From positions 1 to 48,084 of the forward strand of contig CAZLOC010000001.1 of assembly GCA_964560935.1 (NCBI GenBank): DNA of 48,084 bases, read 5' to 3'. Under the pieces are notes generated by a model. It was not told the origin of the DNA and made no database searches. It saw nothing but the letters and a program-made list of their open reading frames with translations. The stretch is from an uncultured Anaerolineaceae bacterium. GTDB lineage: Bacteria; Chloroflexota; Anaerolineae; Anaerolineales; Villigracilaceae. The translations under genes and the position numbers were made by a program. Below, piece after piece: positions 17,720 to 26,466 of this stretch; position 1 is the first letter of the stretch; each line of letters opens with the position of its first letter.

Positions 17720-20284
17720 ATGCAGCCCTCATTAGAAAAACTACGCAAATTTTTCCGTCTCGAACACCAAAACGGCTACACCGATACAGCCATCATCGGC
17801 GGCCTCGCCAAAATGCTCGACTTCTGGGAAGGCGAAGCCCGCGCGGACGGCATTGCCGAAGAAATTGTCCAAGCAGTGGTTCAGCGCTTACAATCGTATG
17901 GCAAGCTGACACCCGAATCTCGCGCCGAATCCCTCAAAGGACTCTGGAAGCGCATTGGCGAACATTATCCCGAAGCAACCAAAAAACAGGGCGCGCATGC
18001 GCCTCCTTCCAAGTCCGGGCCTGTATCATCCCCGAAGGCCGTCTCGCCCCCCGTCTCGGGCCGACGCCCTAGCGGGGCGGACGGCGGGCCGGGGAACGGG
18101 GGGGCTCCTCCAAAACAAGTCGAATCCACTCCTGTGGCCGAACCCGTTAAAGAGCGCCCCGCTCCGCTGGGCCGCGCCGAAACCGCTCCCGGCGGCAAAA
18201 CATCCGCCACTCCCGCCGCCCTCAACGCCGATCTGACCGTATTGCAGGGCGTCGGTCCGCGCCACGCGCAGACGCTGGGCAAGCTCGGCATGTACACGCT
18301 GGGCGATATGCTCTACTACTTCCCGCGCCGCTACGAGGACTATAGCCAGCTCAAGCCCATCAAGGAACTGTTCTACGGCCAGCAAGTAACCGTCATCGCC
18401 GCGGTGCAGTCGGTGCACACCCGTCCGATTCGCGGGGGCAAAGCACAACTGGTCGAAGCCATCCTTTCAGATGGCACCGGCGCACTACGGCTCTCCTGGT
18501 TCAATCAACCCTGGATGGCAAACCGCTTGAAACAGGGTGACGCCATCGCAGTCTCGGGAAAAGTCGAGCAATATCTGGGCCGCCTGGTGATGAACAATCC
18601 CGATTTCGAACCGGTCGAGACCGAGAGCCTGCATACCAACCGCATTGTCCCCATCTACTCGCTCACTGAAAAAATTACCCAGAAATGGCTGCGCGGACTG
18701 ATGAATCAGGTAGTCACACATTGGGCACCGCGTGTCACCGATCACCTGCCCGAAAGCGTTCGTTCAGCGGCTAAACTACCTGAGCTGGGCGAGGCGCTTT
18801 TGCAGGCGCACTTCCCTGACACGCAGGACAGGCTGAAGTCTGCCCGCAAGCGGCTGGCTTTCGATGAAATTTTCTTCTTGCAAATGGGCGTGCTGCGCCA
18901 GAAACGCGACTGGCAATCCGTTACTGCGCGCATCTTCGATGTGCCGGAAGAGTGGATGGACGCGCGCATCAAGGCCCTGCCCTTTGCTCTTACCAACGCA
19001 CAGCAGCGCACTGTAGATGACATCCTGGTCGATCTTGGCTCTGGTCGCCCAATGAACCGCCTTTTGCAGGGTGATGTCGGCTCCGGGAAAACGGTCGTGG
19101 CCGCGTTAGCGACTGCCATTGTCGCCAACGCGAGAGCCCAGGCGGCGGTCATGGCACCCACGTCTATTTTGGCGGAACAACATTTTCGCAATTTCTCCAA
19201 TCTTTTAGCAGGCGAAAACGGAATCCTGCCGCAGGACGCGATCCGCCTGTTGGTCGGAGACACGCCCGAGGCTGAGAAAGAAGCGGTCCGCGCTGGCTTG
19301 CAGGACGGCAGCCTCAAAGTCGTCATCGGTACGCACGCGCTGCTGGAAGACCCCGTCCAGTTTGCGGACCTGGAGTTGGCCGTCATCGACGAGCAGCACC
19401 GCTTCGGTGTGGACCAGCGAGCTGCGCTGCGCTCGAAAGGCCGGACGCCGCACCTGCTGGTGATGACCGCTACGCCCATCCCGCGCTCGCTGGCGTTGAC
19501 GCTGTACGGCGACCTGGACCTGAGCATCATGGACGAGATGCCCGCCGGGCGACAGCCGGTTGATACGCATGTGCTGCGCCCACAGGAACGCGAGCGCGCG
19601 TACACGCTGATCCGTTCGCAGATCAAGAGCGGACGACAGGCTTTTATCATTTATCCGTTGATCGAAGAGAGCGACAAGATCGACTCGCGCGCTGCCGTGG
19701 ACGATCACGAGACGCTCTCGAAGGAAATTTTCCCTGACCTGAAACTCGGCCTGCTGCACGGACGCATGCGCCCCGACGAGAAGGACGCGGTCATGCTCAA
19801 GTTCCGCGATAAAGAATTTGACATCCTGGTCTCGACCACGGTGGTGGAAGTGGGCGTGGACATACCCAACGCGACCGTGATGCTGATCGAGGGCGCGGAC
19901 CGCTTCGGCCTGGCGCAATTGCACCAGTTGCGCGGACGGGTGGGGCGCGGCTCGGAGCAGTCGTATTGCCTGCTCATCCCCGACCACGAAGACGCGGTCG
20001 AGAATGAGCGTTTGCAAGCCATGACCGAATCCAATGACGGTTTTGTGCTGGCCGAGCGCGACTTGCAACAGCGCGGTCCCGGCGAATTCCTGGGCACGCG
20101 CCAGTCGGGCTACGCGTCCGGTTTGCGCATGGCCAGCCTGACCGATGTGGGTTTGATCGAGAACGCCCGCTCGCACGCGCAGAAATTGTTCGAAGAAGAT
20201 GCCAGGCTCGAGAAGCCTGAAAATGCCCTGTTGTCTGAAGCCTTAGAACGCTTCTGGGGTGATGGCAAAGGTGATGTAAGTTAG
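17720..20284 (+). CDS. recG: ATP-dependent DNA helicase RecG with ~170-aa N-terminal extension
   Basis: Wedge/OB region, then helicase motifs GDVGSGKT, DEQHRFG, MTATPIPRS, LHGRM, VSTTVVEVGVDIPNA and QLRGRVGRG. Confidence 0.95.
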   Translation: MQPSLEKLRKFFRLEHQNGYTDTAIIGGLAKMLDFWEGEARADGIAEEIVQAVVQRLQSYGKLTPESRAESLKGLWKRIGEHYPEATKKQGAHAPPSKSGPVSSPKAVSPPVSGRRPSGADGGPGNGGAPPKQVESTPVAEPVKERPAPLGRAETAPGGKTSATPAALNADLTVLQGVGPRHAQTLGKLGMYTLGDMLYYFPRRYEDYSQLKPIKELFYGQQVTVIAAVQSVHTRPIRGGKAQLVEAILSDGTGALRLSWFNQPWMANRLKQGDAIAVSGKVEQYLGRLVMNNPDFEPVETESLHTNRIVPIYSLTEKITQKWLRGLMNQVVTHWAPRVTDHLPESVRSAAKLPELGEALLQAHFPDTQDRLKSARKRLAFDEIFFLQMGVLRQKRDWQSVTARIFDVPEEWMDARIKALPFALTNAQQRTVDDILVDLGSGRPMNRLLQGDVGSGKTVVAALATAIVANARAQAAVMAPTSILAEQHFRNFSNLLAGENGILPQDAIRLLVGDTPEAEKEAVRAGLQDGSLKVVIGTHALLEDPVQFADLELAVIDEQHRFGVDQRAALRSKGRTPHLLVMTATPIPRSLALTLYGDLDLSIMDEMPAGRQPVDTHVLRPQERERAYTLIRSQIKSGRQAFIIYPLIEESDKIDSRAAVDDHETLSKEIFPDLKLGLLHGRMRPDEKDAVMLKFRDKEFDILVSTTVVEVGVDIPNATVMLIEGADRFGLAQLHQLRGRVGRGSEQSYCLLIPDHEDAVENERLQAMTESNDGFVLAERDLQQRGPGEFLGTRQSGYASGLRMASLTDVGLIENARSHAQKLFEEDARLEKPENALLSEALERFWGDGKGDVS

Positions 20285-20360
20285 TCCAACAAGTTGACAG
20301 GTCTCACAAGTCCAACCATCGACTTGTAGGACCTCTTAGACCGATAAGACCTGGAGACCT

Positions 20361-20876
20361 ATGGTTCGAGCACTATTCCCTGGAACATTCGACCCCATCC
20401 ACTACGGTCACATGGACATCGCCGAGCGCGCCTCGCGCCTGTTCGATGAGATCGTGGTAGCCGTTTACGATAAACCCATCAAAACGTTGTTCTTCTCACC
20501 CGAAGAGCGCATCTCACTGGTAGAGCAAGCGGTCGCGAGCAATCCCAAGATCCGTGTGACTGGCTACAGCGGCCTGACTGTTGAGTACGCTAAAAAAATT
20601 GGCGCGCAGGTCATCGTGCGCGGGCTGCGCGTGTTCTCGGATTTCGAATTCGAGTTCCGCATGGCGCTGGCCAATCACCGCTTATTGCCGGAAATTGAAT
20701 ATATGGCGCTTATCACCGCAGAAGAGCACACCTTCCTTTCGTCAACCACAGTACGCGAGATCGCATCGCTGGGCGGTGACGTATCGAGCATGGTGCCGCC
20801 ATACGTAGAGGAAGCGTTGAAAAAGACTTTGATCAATATGAAAGACAAAGACGTCCCAAATGCGCTCAGGGACTAA
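20361..20876 (+). CDS. coaD: pantetheine-phosphate adenylyltransferase
   Basis: ALFPGTFDPIHYGHMDIAERA...VRGLR...DFEFE...ISSTTVREI are CoaD signatures, including the T/HxGH motif. Confidence 0.95.
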   Translation: MVRALFPGTFDPIHYGHMDIAERASRLFDEIVVAVYDKPIKTLFFSPEERISLVEQAVASNPKIRVTGYSGLTVEYAKKIGAQVIVRGLRVFSDFEFEFRMALANHRLLPEIEYMALITAEEHTFLSSTTVREIASLGGDVSSMVPPYVEEALKKTLINMKDKDVPNALRD

Positions 20877-20893
20877 AAATCGGATAGAATATA

Positions 20894-20966
20894 ACCACGA
20901 AGACGCCAAGACACAAAGTCACAAATTTGTTTTGTTAGTGTCTTCGTGACTTTGTGCCTTCGTGGT
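20894..20966. repeat. REP-like hairpin, family B
   Basis: ACCACGAAGacgccaagaCACAAAGTCAC...GTGACTTTGTGcCTTCGTGGT has arms complementary over about 20 nt with one bulge. Confidence 0.65.
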
Positions 20967-21010
20967 ATAAACGATAATCGGGTATCCGTGGATGGAAAAC
21001 GGAGGAGCCT

Positions 21011-21526
21011 ATGGACATCCTGCAACTGATCGACCGCCTGGAAGAACTTTTCAACGATGGGAAACCCATTCCCTTCACACATAATGTGGCCGTGGATGAG
21101 GATCGCATGTTGGATATCATCGACCAGATGCGCATTGCCATCCCAGAAGAAGTGAAAAAAGCACAACAGTTACTCGGTCAGCGTGACCGGGTGATGGCGC
21201 AAGCGCAAGAAGAGGCCAACCGGACCCTCGATTTGGCACGCGAAAAAGCGGATGGGCTGGTCAGAAAGGACGGGATTGTCCAGGAGGCCGAGCGTCGCGC
21301 TGAGCAGATCCTTAGCCAGGCGCGCGCAGACGCCGAAGCTACCCGTCAAGACGCAGATGATTATGTGATCGATACCCTCGGTCGCCTTCAGGACGAACTC
21401 GAACGTTCCCTCACCCAGGTTCGCAACGGTATTCGTGCGCTGGAGGAAGAACGCATGCGCCGCGCAGCGCCCGCTCCATCAAATCCGGCTTCTGTTCCAA
21501 CGGAAGGCCAAAGCGAAGAGAAATAG
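21011..21526 (+). CDS. hypothetical coiled-coil protein (171 aa)
   Basis: Charged heptad-like sequence (AQQLLGQRDRVMAQAQEEANRTLDLAREKADGL...AEQILSQARADAEATRQDAD). No catalytic motif. Confidence 0.6.
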   Translation: MDILQLIDRLEELFNDGKPIPFTHNVAVDEDRMLDIIDQMRIAIPEEVKKAQQLLGQRDRVMAQAQEEANRTLDLAREKADGLVRKDGIVQEAERRAEQILSQARADAEATRQDADDYVIDTLGRLQDELERSLTQVRNGIRALEEERMRRAAPAPSNPASVPTEGQSEEK

Positions 21527-21534
21527 CATCAACA

Positions 21535-21565
21535 AGAGCGCCCCGTGAAATTCACGGGGTGCTCT
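21535..21565 (+). terminator. hairpin terminator
   Basis: AGAGCGCCCCGTGaaattCACGGGGTGCTCT followed by tctgt. One G-T wobble in the stem. Confidence 0.6.
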
Positions 21566-21568
21566 TCT

Positions 21569-21644
21569 GTCACTCTGAGCGTAGCGAAGAGTCTCCCGCG
21601 CGCAGCGCGGGGATTCTTCACTCCCTTCGGTCGTTCAGAATGAC
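21569..21644. repeat. long imperfect palindromic element (GTCACTCTGAGCG ... CGTTCAGAATGAC)
   Basis: The terminal 13-mers are complementary at 11 of 13 positions. The centre is the GC palindrome cccgcgcgcagcgcgggg. Confidence 0.55.
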
Positions 21645-21651
21645 AATAGGG

Positions 21652-22464
21652 CTATATCCTCTCTGTCCAGGACGGATGCGCGTATTTCTCACGAACAAGT
21701 TCTTCTGCGCGCGCTAGTTCAGACTCGGACAATTCCCCCGCTTCGAGTTCCAATCCCAACTGCGCTTCGAACGCCCGGACAAAGGCCTGCGCGGCGGTTC
21801 CCCAGGCCACTTGTTGCCCTAAAACGGACTCCACCGTCGTCGCGCGCACTAACAACCGTTGCATGGCCGTCTCACGTGCGGACTCGTCCGGGAAGACCAG
21901 CGCCAGGCAGATACGCGTCAGGTCGCCGGTCAGGGGCAGCGACCCGTGCTGGAGCACGCCATCCTTGCGGCGTGCCTGCGCCGAGCCGATCAACTTCTTT
22001 CCATCCACCGTGATCTCATACGTCGACGGCACTTCGAAGCAGACCGGGTTGGGTATCCCATTGCTCTCTGCTTTGCCTTCCTTCATCTCCACCGGCAAAC
22101 TCAAATCCTGTACGGCAGCCAACAGGGCCCTCGCCAGGCGGTTATAGGATTCAAGTACTGTGCCGACCAGTCGCGGCTCGTCAGCAGGGCCGGTGACAGA
22201 GTAGGTCAACTCGTCAGTATGCAAGATGGCGCGCCCGCCGGTCATGCGCCGCACCACATCCCAGCCATGAGCTTTCAGGCGGGACGTGTCCACATCCGCA
22301 AAGGGTTGCGCCCGCCCGAGTGAGAGGCAAGGTGGATCCCAGGCATATAATCGCAACGTTGGGAACGTTTTGCCGTGTTCCACGTGCTCGAGGATGGCTT
22401 CGTCCACGGCCATGTTCCATGCGCCGCGGGCAGGGGGGGTGGTGATGAGTCGCCAAGTTGTCAT
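21652..22464 (-). CDS. lipoate-protein ligase A / octanoyltransferase family protein (catalytic domain only)
   Basis: WNMAVDEAIL...TLRLYAWDPPCLSLGRAQ...RRMTGGRAILHTDELTYS...VDGKKLIGSAQARRKDGVLQHGSL is the BPL_LplA_LipB domain with the catalytic Lys. Confidence 0.8.
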   Translation of the reverse strand: MTTWRLITTPPARGAWNMAVDEAILEHVEHGKTFPTLRLYAWDPPCLSLGRAQPFADVDTSRLKAHGWDVVRRMTGGRAILHTDELTYSVTGPADEPRLVGTVLESYNRLARALLAAVQDLSLPVEMKEGKAESNGIPNPVCFEVPSTYEITVDGKKLIGSAQARRKDGVLQHGSLPLTGDLTRICLALVFPDESARETAMQRLLVRATTVESVLGQQVAWGTAAQAFVRAFEAQLGLELEAGELSESELARAEELVREKYAHPSWTERI

Positions 22465-22783
22465 AGGACAATTCTACTAATAAATTCATCAGATTACTAC
22501 TTGTATGGAAGCTATTTATGGTGTATAGTACTATTACAATAAGATGATTTATATAAAGATTGTCTCATTTGGTGCCTGTATGTTTGCCGAACTTTTTCAG
22601 TTAACATCAGCGATAGGGTTGGATACAAAACTTCACCACCAGAAAAAATCCATTGTCTGAGATCAAACGCGTTGCCTCACATTCTAGAGCTTTGTGAAAA
22701 GGACTTATCTTGTGAGTTTTCCAAATTCGTTATGATTGCAACTCGGGTTTATTTTATCCGCACAAATAAAGGAGAGAAAAAAT

Positions 22784-24130
22784 ATGAAACGTTGGAAATT
22801 GATCATGGTGGTAACTATCGTCGCTACAGCTTTGATTGCACTGACTACCTCAGCACTGGCTGCTGTCCCCCCAAATGAGTTGGTTGACATCTGTACCGAC
22901 CTGTACGCTGGCGTATTTGGCGTACCCAATAGTGAACCACTGGGTGTCTGCCAGTGGGATATGGCCATCATTAATGCCACTGACAGTGGTAGCTATGCTA
23001 CCGCCACCGGAGCGGGTGTCACCGTAGGCATGATCGACAGCGGTGTTGATTTCACCCATCCTGACATCGCACCCAACCTCGATGTAGACCGTTCATGCTC
23101 ATTTATCTATGATGATACGCCTACCGCCAATCCGGCCGAGATTGCTAATGGCGATTGCTCCAACAAGGCCGCTGTGCAAGACCTGAGCGGGCATGGTACT
23201 CATACCGCCTCAACAGTAGCCGCACCGATTAATGGCATAGGCATCGCTGGTGTGGCGCCCGAAGCCACTATCGTGGCGCTGAAAGCTTGCACCGAAGCAG
23301 GCTACTGTTTCGCTGACTCAGTTGCCGCCGCGCTGCGTTATGCTGGCGACAATGACATCGACATCGTCAATTTGAGCCTGTTTGCAGATCCCTACTTGTA
23401 CTATTGCAAGTCTGAGAAAGAACAGAAGGCTATTCTCAAGGAACTGGAGGCCGCCGCTCGCTACGCCCAACAGAAAGGCGTGTTGATTGTTGCATCAGCT
23501 GGCAACGAACAGGCCGATTTACAACACCCGGTCTTCGATGATATCAGCCCTGACTGGCCTCCGGGATCGGAAGAGGAGCGCTACGTACAGAACAACTGTC
23601 GCGTGGCTCCGGCCGAACTGCCTGGCGTGCTGACTGTTTCTGCCACCGGTCCTATTGGTTACCCTGGCTATGACCTGTGGATCGCCGATTATTCAAGCGT
23701 GGGTATGTCCCGCGTGGATGTAGCCGCTCCCGGTGGGGATTATTTCCGAGCAACCGGCACCGTTCAGGATGCCGTGCTTGGAGCGGTTCCCTTCAATTCA
23801 GAAATCTGGAACGGCTATGACCCACTCAATGCCTTCTATCCTGGTATCACTACCACTGATGGCGGCGGTGGATATGTCTACTTAAACGGCACCTCAATGG
23901 CGGCTCCGCACGCCGCAGGAGTTGCCGCTCTTGTCAAGCAGATGCACCCCGGTTGGAGTCCAGGCGCAGTCAAGTCAGCCGTGCAGCGCTCGGCGCAGCA
24001 ACTCGATTGCCCACCCGACTGGCAGCCGCTGGGTCCTAACGATGAACGCGAACGTTGCTATGGCAACGGCGGACGTACCTCGTTCTTCGGTCATGGCCTG
24101 GTGGATGCCGCTGCTGCCGCGGAAGAATAA
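22784..24130 (+). CDS. secreted subtilisin-like serine peptidase (S8 family)
   Basis: Signal peptide MKRWKLIMVVTIVATALIALTTSALA and the Asp/His/Ser triad motifs GMIDSGVDFTHPD, GHGTHTAST and GTSMAAPHAAG. The ATG at 22784 follows AAGGAGAG; the track TTG start is 22736. Confidence 0.9.
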   Translation: MKRWKLIMVVTIVATALIALTTSALAAVPPNELVDICTDLYAGVFGVPNSEPLGVCQWDMAIINATDSGSYATATGAGVTVGMIDSGVDFTHPDIAPNLDVDRSCSFIYDDTPTANPAEIANGDCSNKAAVQDLSGHGTHTASTVAAPINGIGIAGVAPEATIVALKACTEAGYCFADSVAAALRYAGDNDIDIVNLSLFADPYLYYCKSEKEQKAILKELEAAARYAQQKGVLIVASAGNEQADLQHPVFDDISPDWPPGSEEERYVQNNCRVAPAELPGVLTVSATGPIGYPGYDLWIADYSSVGMSRVDVAAPGGDYFRATGTVQDAVLGAVPFNSEIWNGYDPLNAFYPGITTTDGGGGYVYLNGTSMAAPHAAGVAALVKQMHPGWSPGAVKSAVQRSAQQLDCPPDWQPLGPNDERERCYGNGGRTSFFGHGLVDAAAAAEE

Positions 24131-24245
24131 CCCCGCACCAATATTAAGATCAACTGGAGCCCAAAGACTTAACCCGAGTCGCTGTCTTAGAGGCCAATAG
24201 CTTTACGTTACATCCCTTGTGTTGAGCATAGTTTTGGCTCTCGAA

Positions 24246-24283
24246 ACAGACCCTCTTGCGAATCAACGTGCAAGAGGGTCTGT
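24246..24283. terminator. bidirectional hairpin between convergent genes
   Basis: A perfect 14-bp stem, ACAGACCCTCTTGC (24246-24259) and GCAAGAGGGTCTGT (24270-24283), with a 10-nt loop. Confidence 0.7.
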
Positions 24284-24384
24284 ATTCTTAGGAATTTCAT
24301 CAGACATAGAACTTACACAGTTCGCGAAAAGATACCAAAAACATTCGGCAAAATCAGAGTGTTGGCTTTTCACCCCAACTCTCG

Positions 24385-25233
24385 CTACTCTCCGCTGACT
24401 TCTTTCCAGGTCTTCAACATATTGAGCGCATCTTCTTCCATGATGGGACTCTCGCACAGGATACGCCCGGCGCAGCCAAAGTCTTTCAAAGTGCGAAAGA
24501 GGGCAAGTAGATCTAAGTCCGCTTCTTCCAGTTTCAGGTGGTTCTTCTCACCCTTGGGCCCGTACTCGATACCCGAAAGATGGATGTGCAAGCGTTTCAA
24601 GGATTTTTTCCCCAGTGCTTTACTATACAGTTCCAGATAGCTTGACCACTCATCGTAGGTATTAACGCTCCCATCGCCGGGACGGGCGTGCAGATGGGCG
24701 AAGTCAAGGCAAGGTTCCACACCATCGATGGCTTTGCCCATTTCGAGTGTGTCTTCCAGCGAGCCAAGCATGGCGGATTTACCCATCGTCTCCGGGCGTA
24801 ATGTCACCGGGTTGCCCGCCGCGCGCAGTTCGTCCACGCAACCCTGCAAGCGCGGGAAGGCAACTTTCAGCACTTCTTCGGGCGGGCGCTCGAAATACGA
24901 ACCGGGGTGAAAGATGATGTCGGTGCAGCCAGCCAGGTTCCCGTAATGGGCCGCGTCCATCAACCGCTGGCGGGACTTGGGCCATTCTTCATCGTCCGCG
25001 TTCAGGTTGATAAAGTAGGGCGCATGCACGCTCAAACTGACGCCCTGCTCTTCTCCGGCTGCCTTGATCGCAGCACAGGTCTCTTCGCTGACGCGCACTG
25101 CGCGCACCCAGCCCAACTCAAGTGTCTCCAGCCCAATGGATTTGCTGAATTCAATCGCGCCTACCGAGCCGCCCGGTTTCTTGGGAGTGCCGATGGGAGA
25201 ACCAACCGTACCAAATCGAAACGATAAAGTCAT
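24385..25233 (-). CDS. endonuclease IV-like TIM-barrel protein (AP endonuclease family 2 / xylose-isomerase-like fold)
   Basis: VHAPYFINLNA, IFHPGSY, RPETMG, CLDFAHLHA and HIHLSG parallel the metal-ligand motifs of endonuclease IV. The ATG at 25233 (MTLSFRFG) follows GGAGG; the track start is 25245. Confidence 0.7.
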   Translation of the reverse strand: MTLSFRFGTVGSPIGTPKKPGGSVGAIEFSKSIGLETLELGWVRAVRVSEETCAAIKAAGEEQGVSLSVHAPYFINLNADDEEWPKSRQRLMDAAHYGNLAGCTDIIFHPGSYFERPPEEVLKVAFPRLQGCVDELRAAGNPVTLRPETMGKSAMLGSLEDTLEMGKAIDGVEPCLDFAHLHARPGDGSVNTYDEWSSYLELYSKALGKKSLKRLHIHLSGIEYGPKGEKNHLKLEEADLDLLALFRTLKDFGCAGRILCESPIMEEDALNMLKTWKEVSGE

Positions 25234-25250
25234 AACTACCTCCAAAGAAC

Positions 25251-25964
25251 TCAGGGAATATATATACCAACACCTTTTTCGCGAGCAAATTCCTGCAACT
25301 CGCGCGTAACAGCTTCCGGTGGAAACGGTAAAGTCACCAACTGGCCGGACTGCTCATCAAAAGTGTTTTGCATCCAGAAAAGCGACTCGCCAACGGCCAT
25401 CCGTCCAATGACTTCCTTGACGCCTGGCAAGTCAAGCGGGGCTGCCTGAACTTCATCCAGCGTTTTGTTCCGGTTTGTGCCCACCAAGATGGCAAATTGC
25501 CATTCGCCAGCCTCGCTTTGCCATGAATACAACTCCATCCCTTTGAAGGCAGTTGCTTCGCTGCGTACGGCCTGTGGAGCCTGCCCAAACCAATTGCCCG
25601 CCTTTTCCCACAACGGCGGACCCATAATTAAAAGGCCCACGCCAATCGCTGCCAGCGCCGCGATCAAAACCGCGGCTGCGCCCACGTCCTTGCCCACCTT
25701 CGCCAACGGGTGATTTGCCGGGCTGGCCAAATCCACGACCGCCTCGATGGCCGTGTTGAAGAACTCCGCTGCCCAGACCATGGCGATGGTCAACAGCAAC
25801 ACAGCCCAGTCGCGCGGCGGCAGCCCCAGCCACAGACCAACGATGAGCACTGCCGTCGAGACGATGGCATGGATCCAGGCGTTCTGCTGCGTGCGGATGA
25901 CGTGCCACCAGCCACGGAAGGCGTAACCAAAAGAATGGATGCGGGAGAGGAAGAATGATTTCAT
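25251..25964 (-). CDS. dgkA: prokaryotic diacylglycerol/undecaprenol kinase (DgkA) fused to an unrecognised ~115-aa C-terminal domain
   Basis: The N-terminal ~120 aa have AEFFNTAIEAVVDL and AKVGKDVGAAAVLI with three TM helices. Residues ~125-237 (KGMELYSWQSEAGEWQFAILVGTNRNKTLDEV...) are extra. Confidence 0.8.
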   Translation of the reverse strand: MKSFFLSRIHSFGYAFRGWWHVIRTQQNAWIHAIVSTAVLIVGLWLGLPPRDWAVLLLTIAMVWAAEFFNTAIEAVVDLASPANHPLAKVGKDVGAAAVLIAALAAIGVGLLIMGPPLWEKAGNWFGQAPQAVRSEATAFKGMELYSWQSEAGEWQFAILVGTNRNKTLDEVQAAPLDLPGVKEVIGRMAVGESLFWMQNTFDEQSGQLVTLPFPPEAVTRELQEFAREKGVGIYIP

Positions 25965-26013
25965 AGTTCCGTTATTTACTATTCGAGATTTGGGAATCGT
26001 CGAGGTGGACGAC

Positions 26014-26466
26014 TCACGATTCCCGAATTTCGATTCCCGACAACCCGAGTTTCTTCAGGACTTCAGCCTGCGCTTTCCACATACGGGCCTTTTCCTCGGC
26101 TTCGGCATGATCGTAGCCCAGCAGATGCAGAGTCCCGTGGACGGCAAGCAACTGAACTTCGGCCTCCAACGCATGCCCGGCGGCGCAGGCCTGCTCTTCG
26201 GCGCGGGGAACCGAGATGAGAATATCACCCAGATAACGGCGGGCAGTCTCCGGGTCCGTTTCGGAGGCGGGGAAGGAGAGCACGTCGGTCGGCGCATCGA
26301 TCCCCAGATAATGCCGGTTCAGTTCGTGCAGTTGCGCGTCGTCTGTCAATACGATGGTCAGGTCGCCGTCCGCAGACCGGTGCGCGAGCACGGTCAGCGC
26401 AGCACGTTCCAGCAGGTCCGGCGCAAGGCCGGTTTGCAAGGAGGGATTAACTTCAACTTGGATCAC
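26014..26466 (-). CDS. ybeY: rRNA maturation endoribonuclease YbeY
   Basis: 150 aa with the zinc motif HGTLHLLGYDH. The stop/start overlaps the upstream gene. Confidence 0.95.
   Translation of the reverse strand: MIQVEVNPSLQTGLAPDLLERAALTVLAHRSADGDLTIVLTDDAQLHELNRHYLGIDAPTDVLSFPASETDPETARRYLGDILISVPRAEEQACAAGHALEAEVQLLAVHGTLHLLGYDHAEAEEKARMWKAQAEVLKKLGLSGIEIRES

Noticed and set aside
18742-20176. Long minus-strand ORFs (302 aa, 323 aa, 130 aa) inside recG
   Set aside because: These are typical high-GC antisense shadow ORFs: Arg/Ala/Ser-rich, with no start context and no motifs. The recG frame on the + strand has every helicase motif.
22672-22878. 68-aa ORF upstream of and overlapping the S8 peptidase start
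   Set aside because: It overlaps the peptidase signal-peptide region out of frame and has Cys/Tyr-rich odd composition. It lies in an A+T-rich promoter region, where stop-free runs occur by chance.
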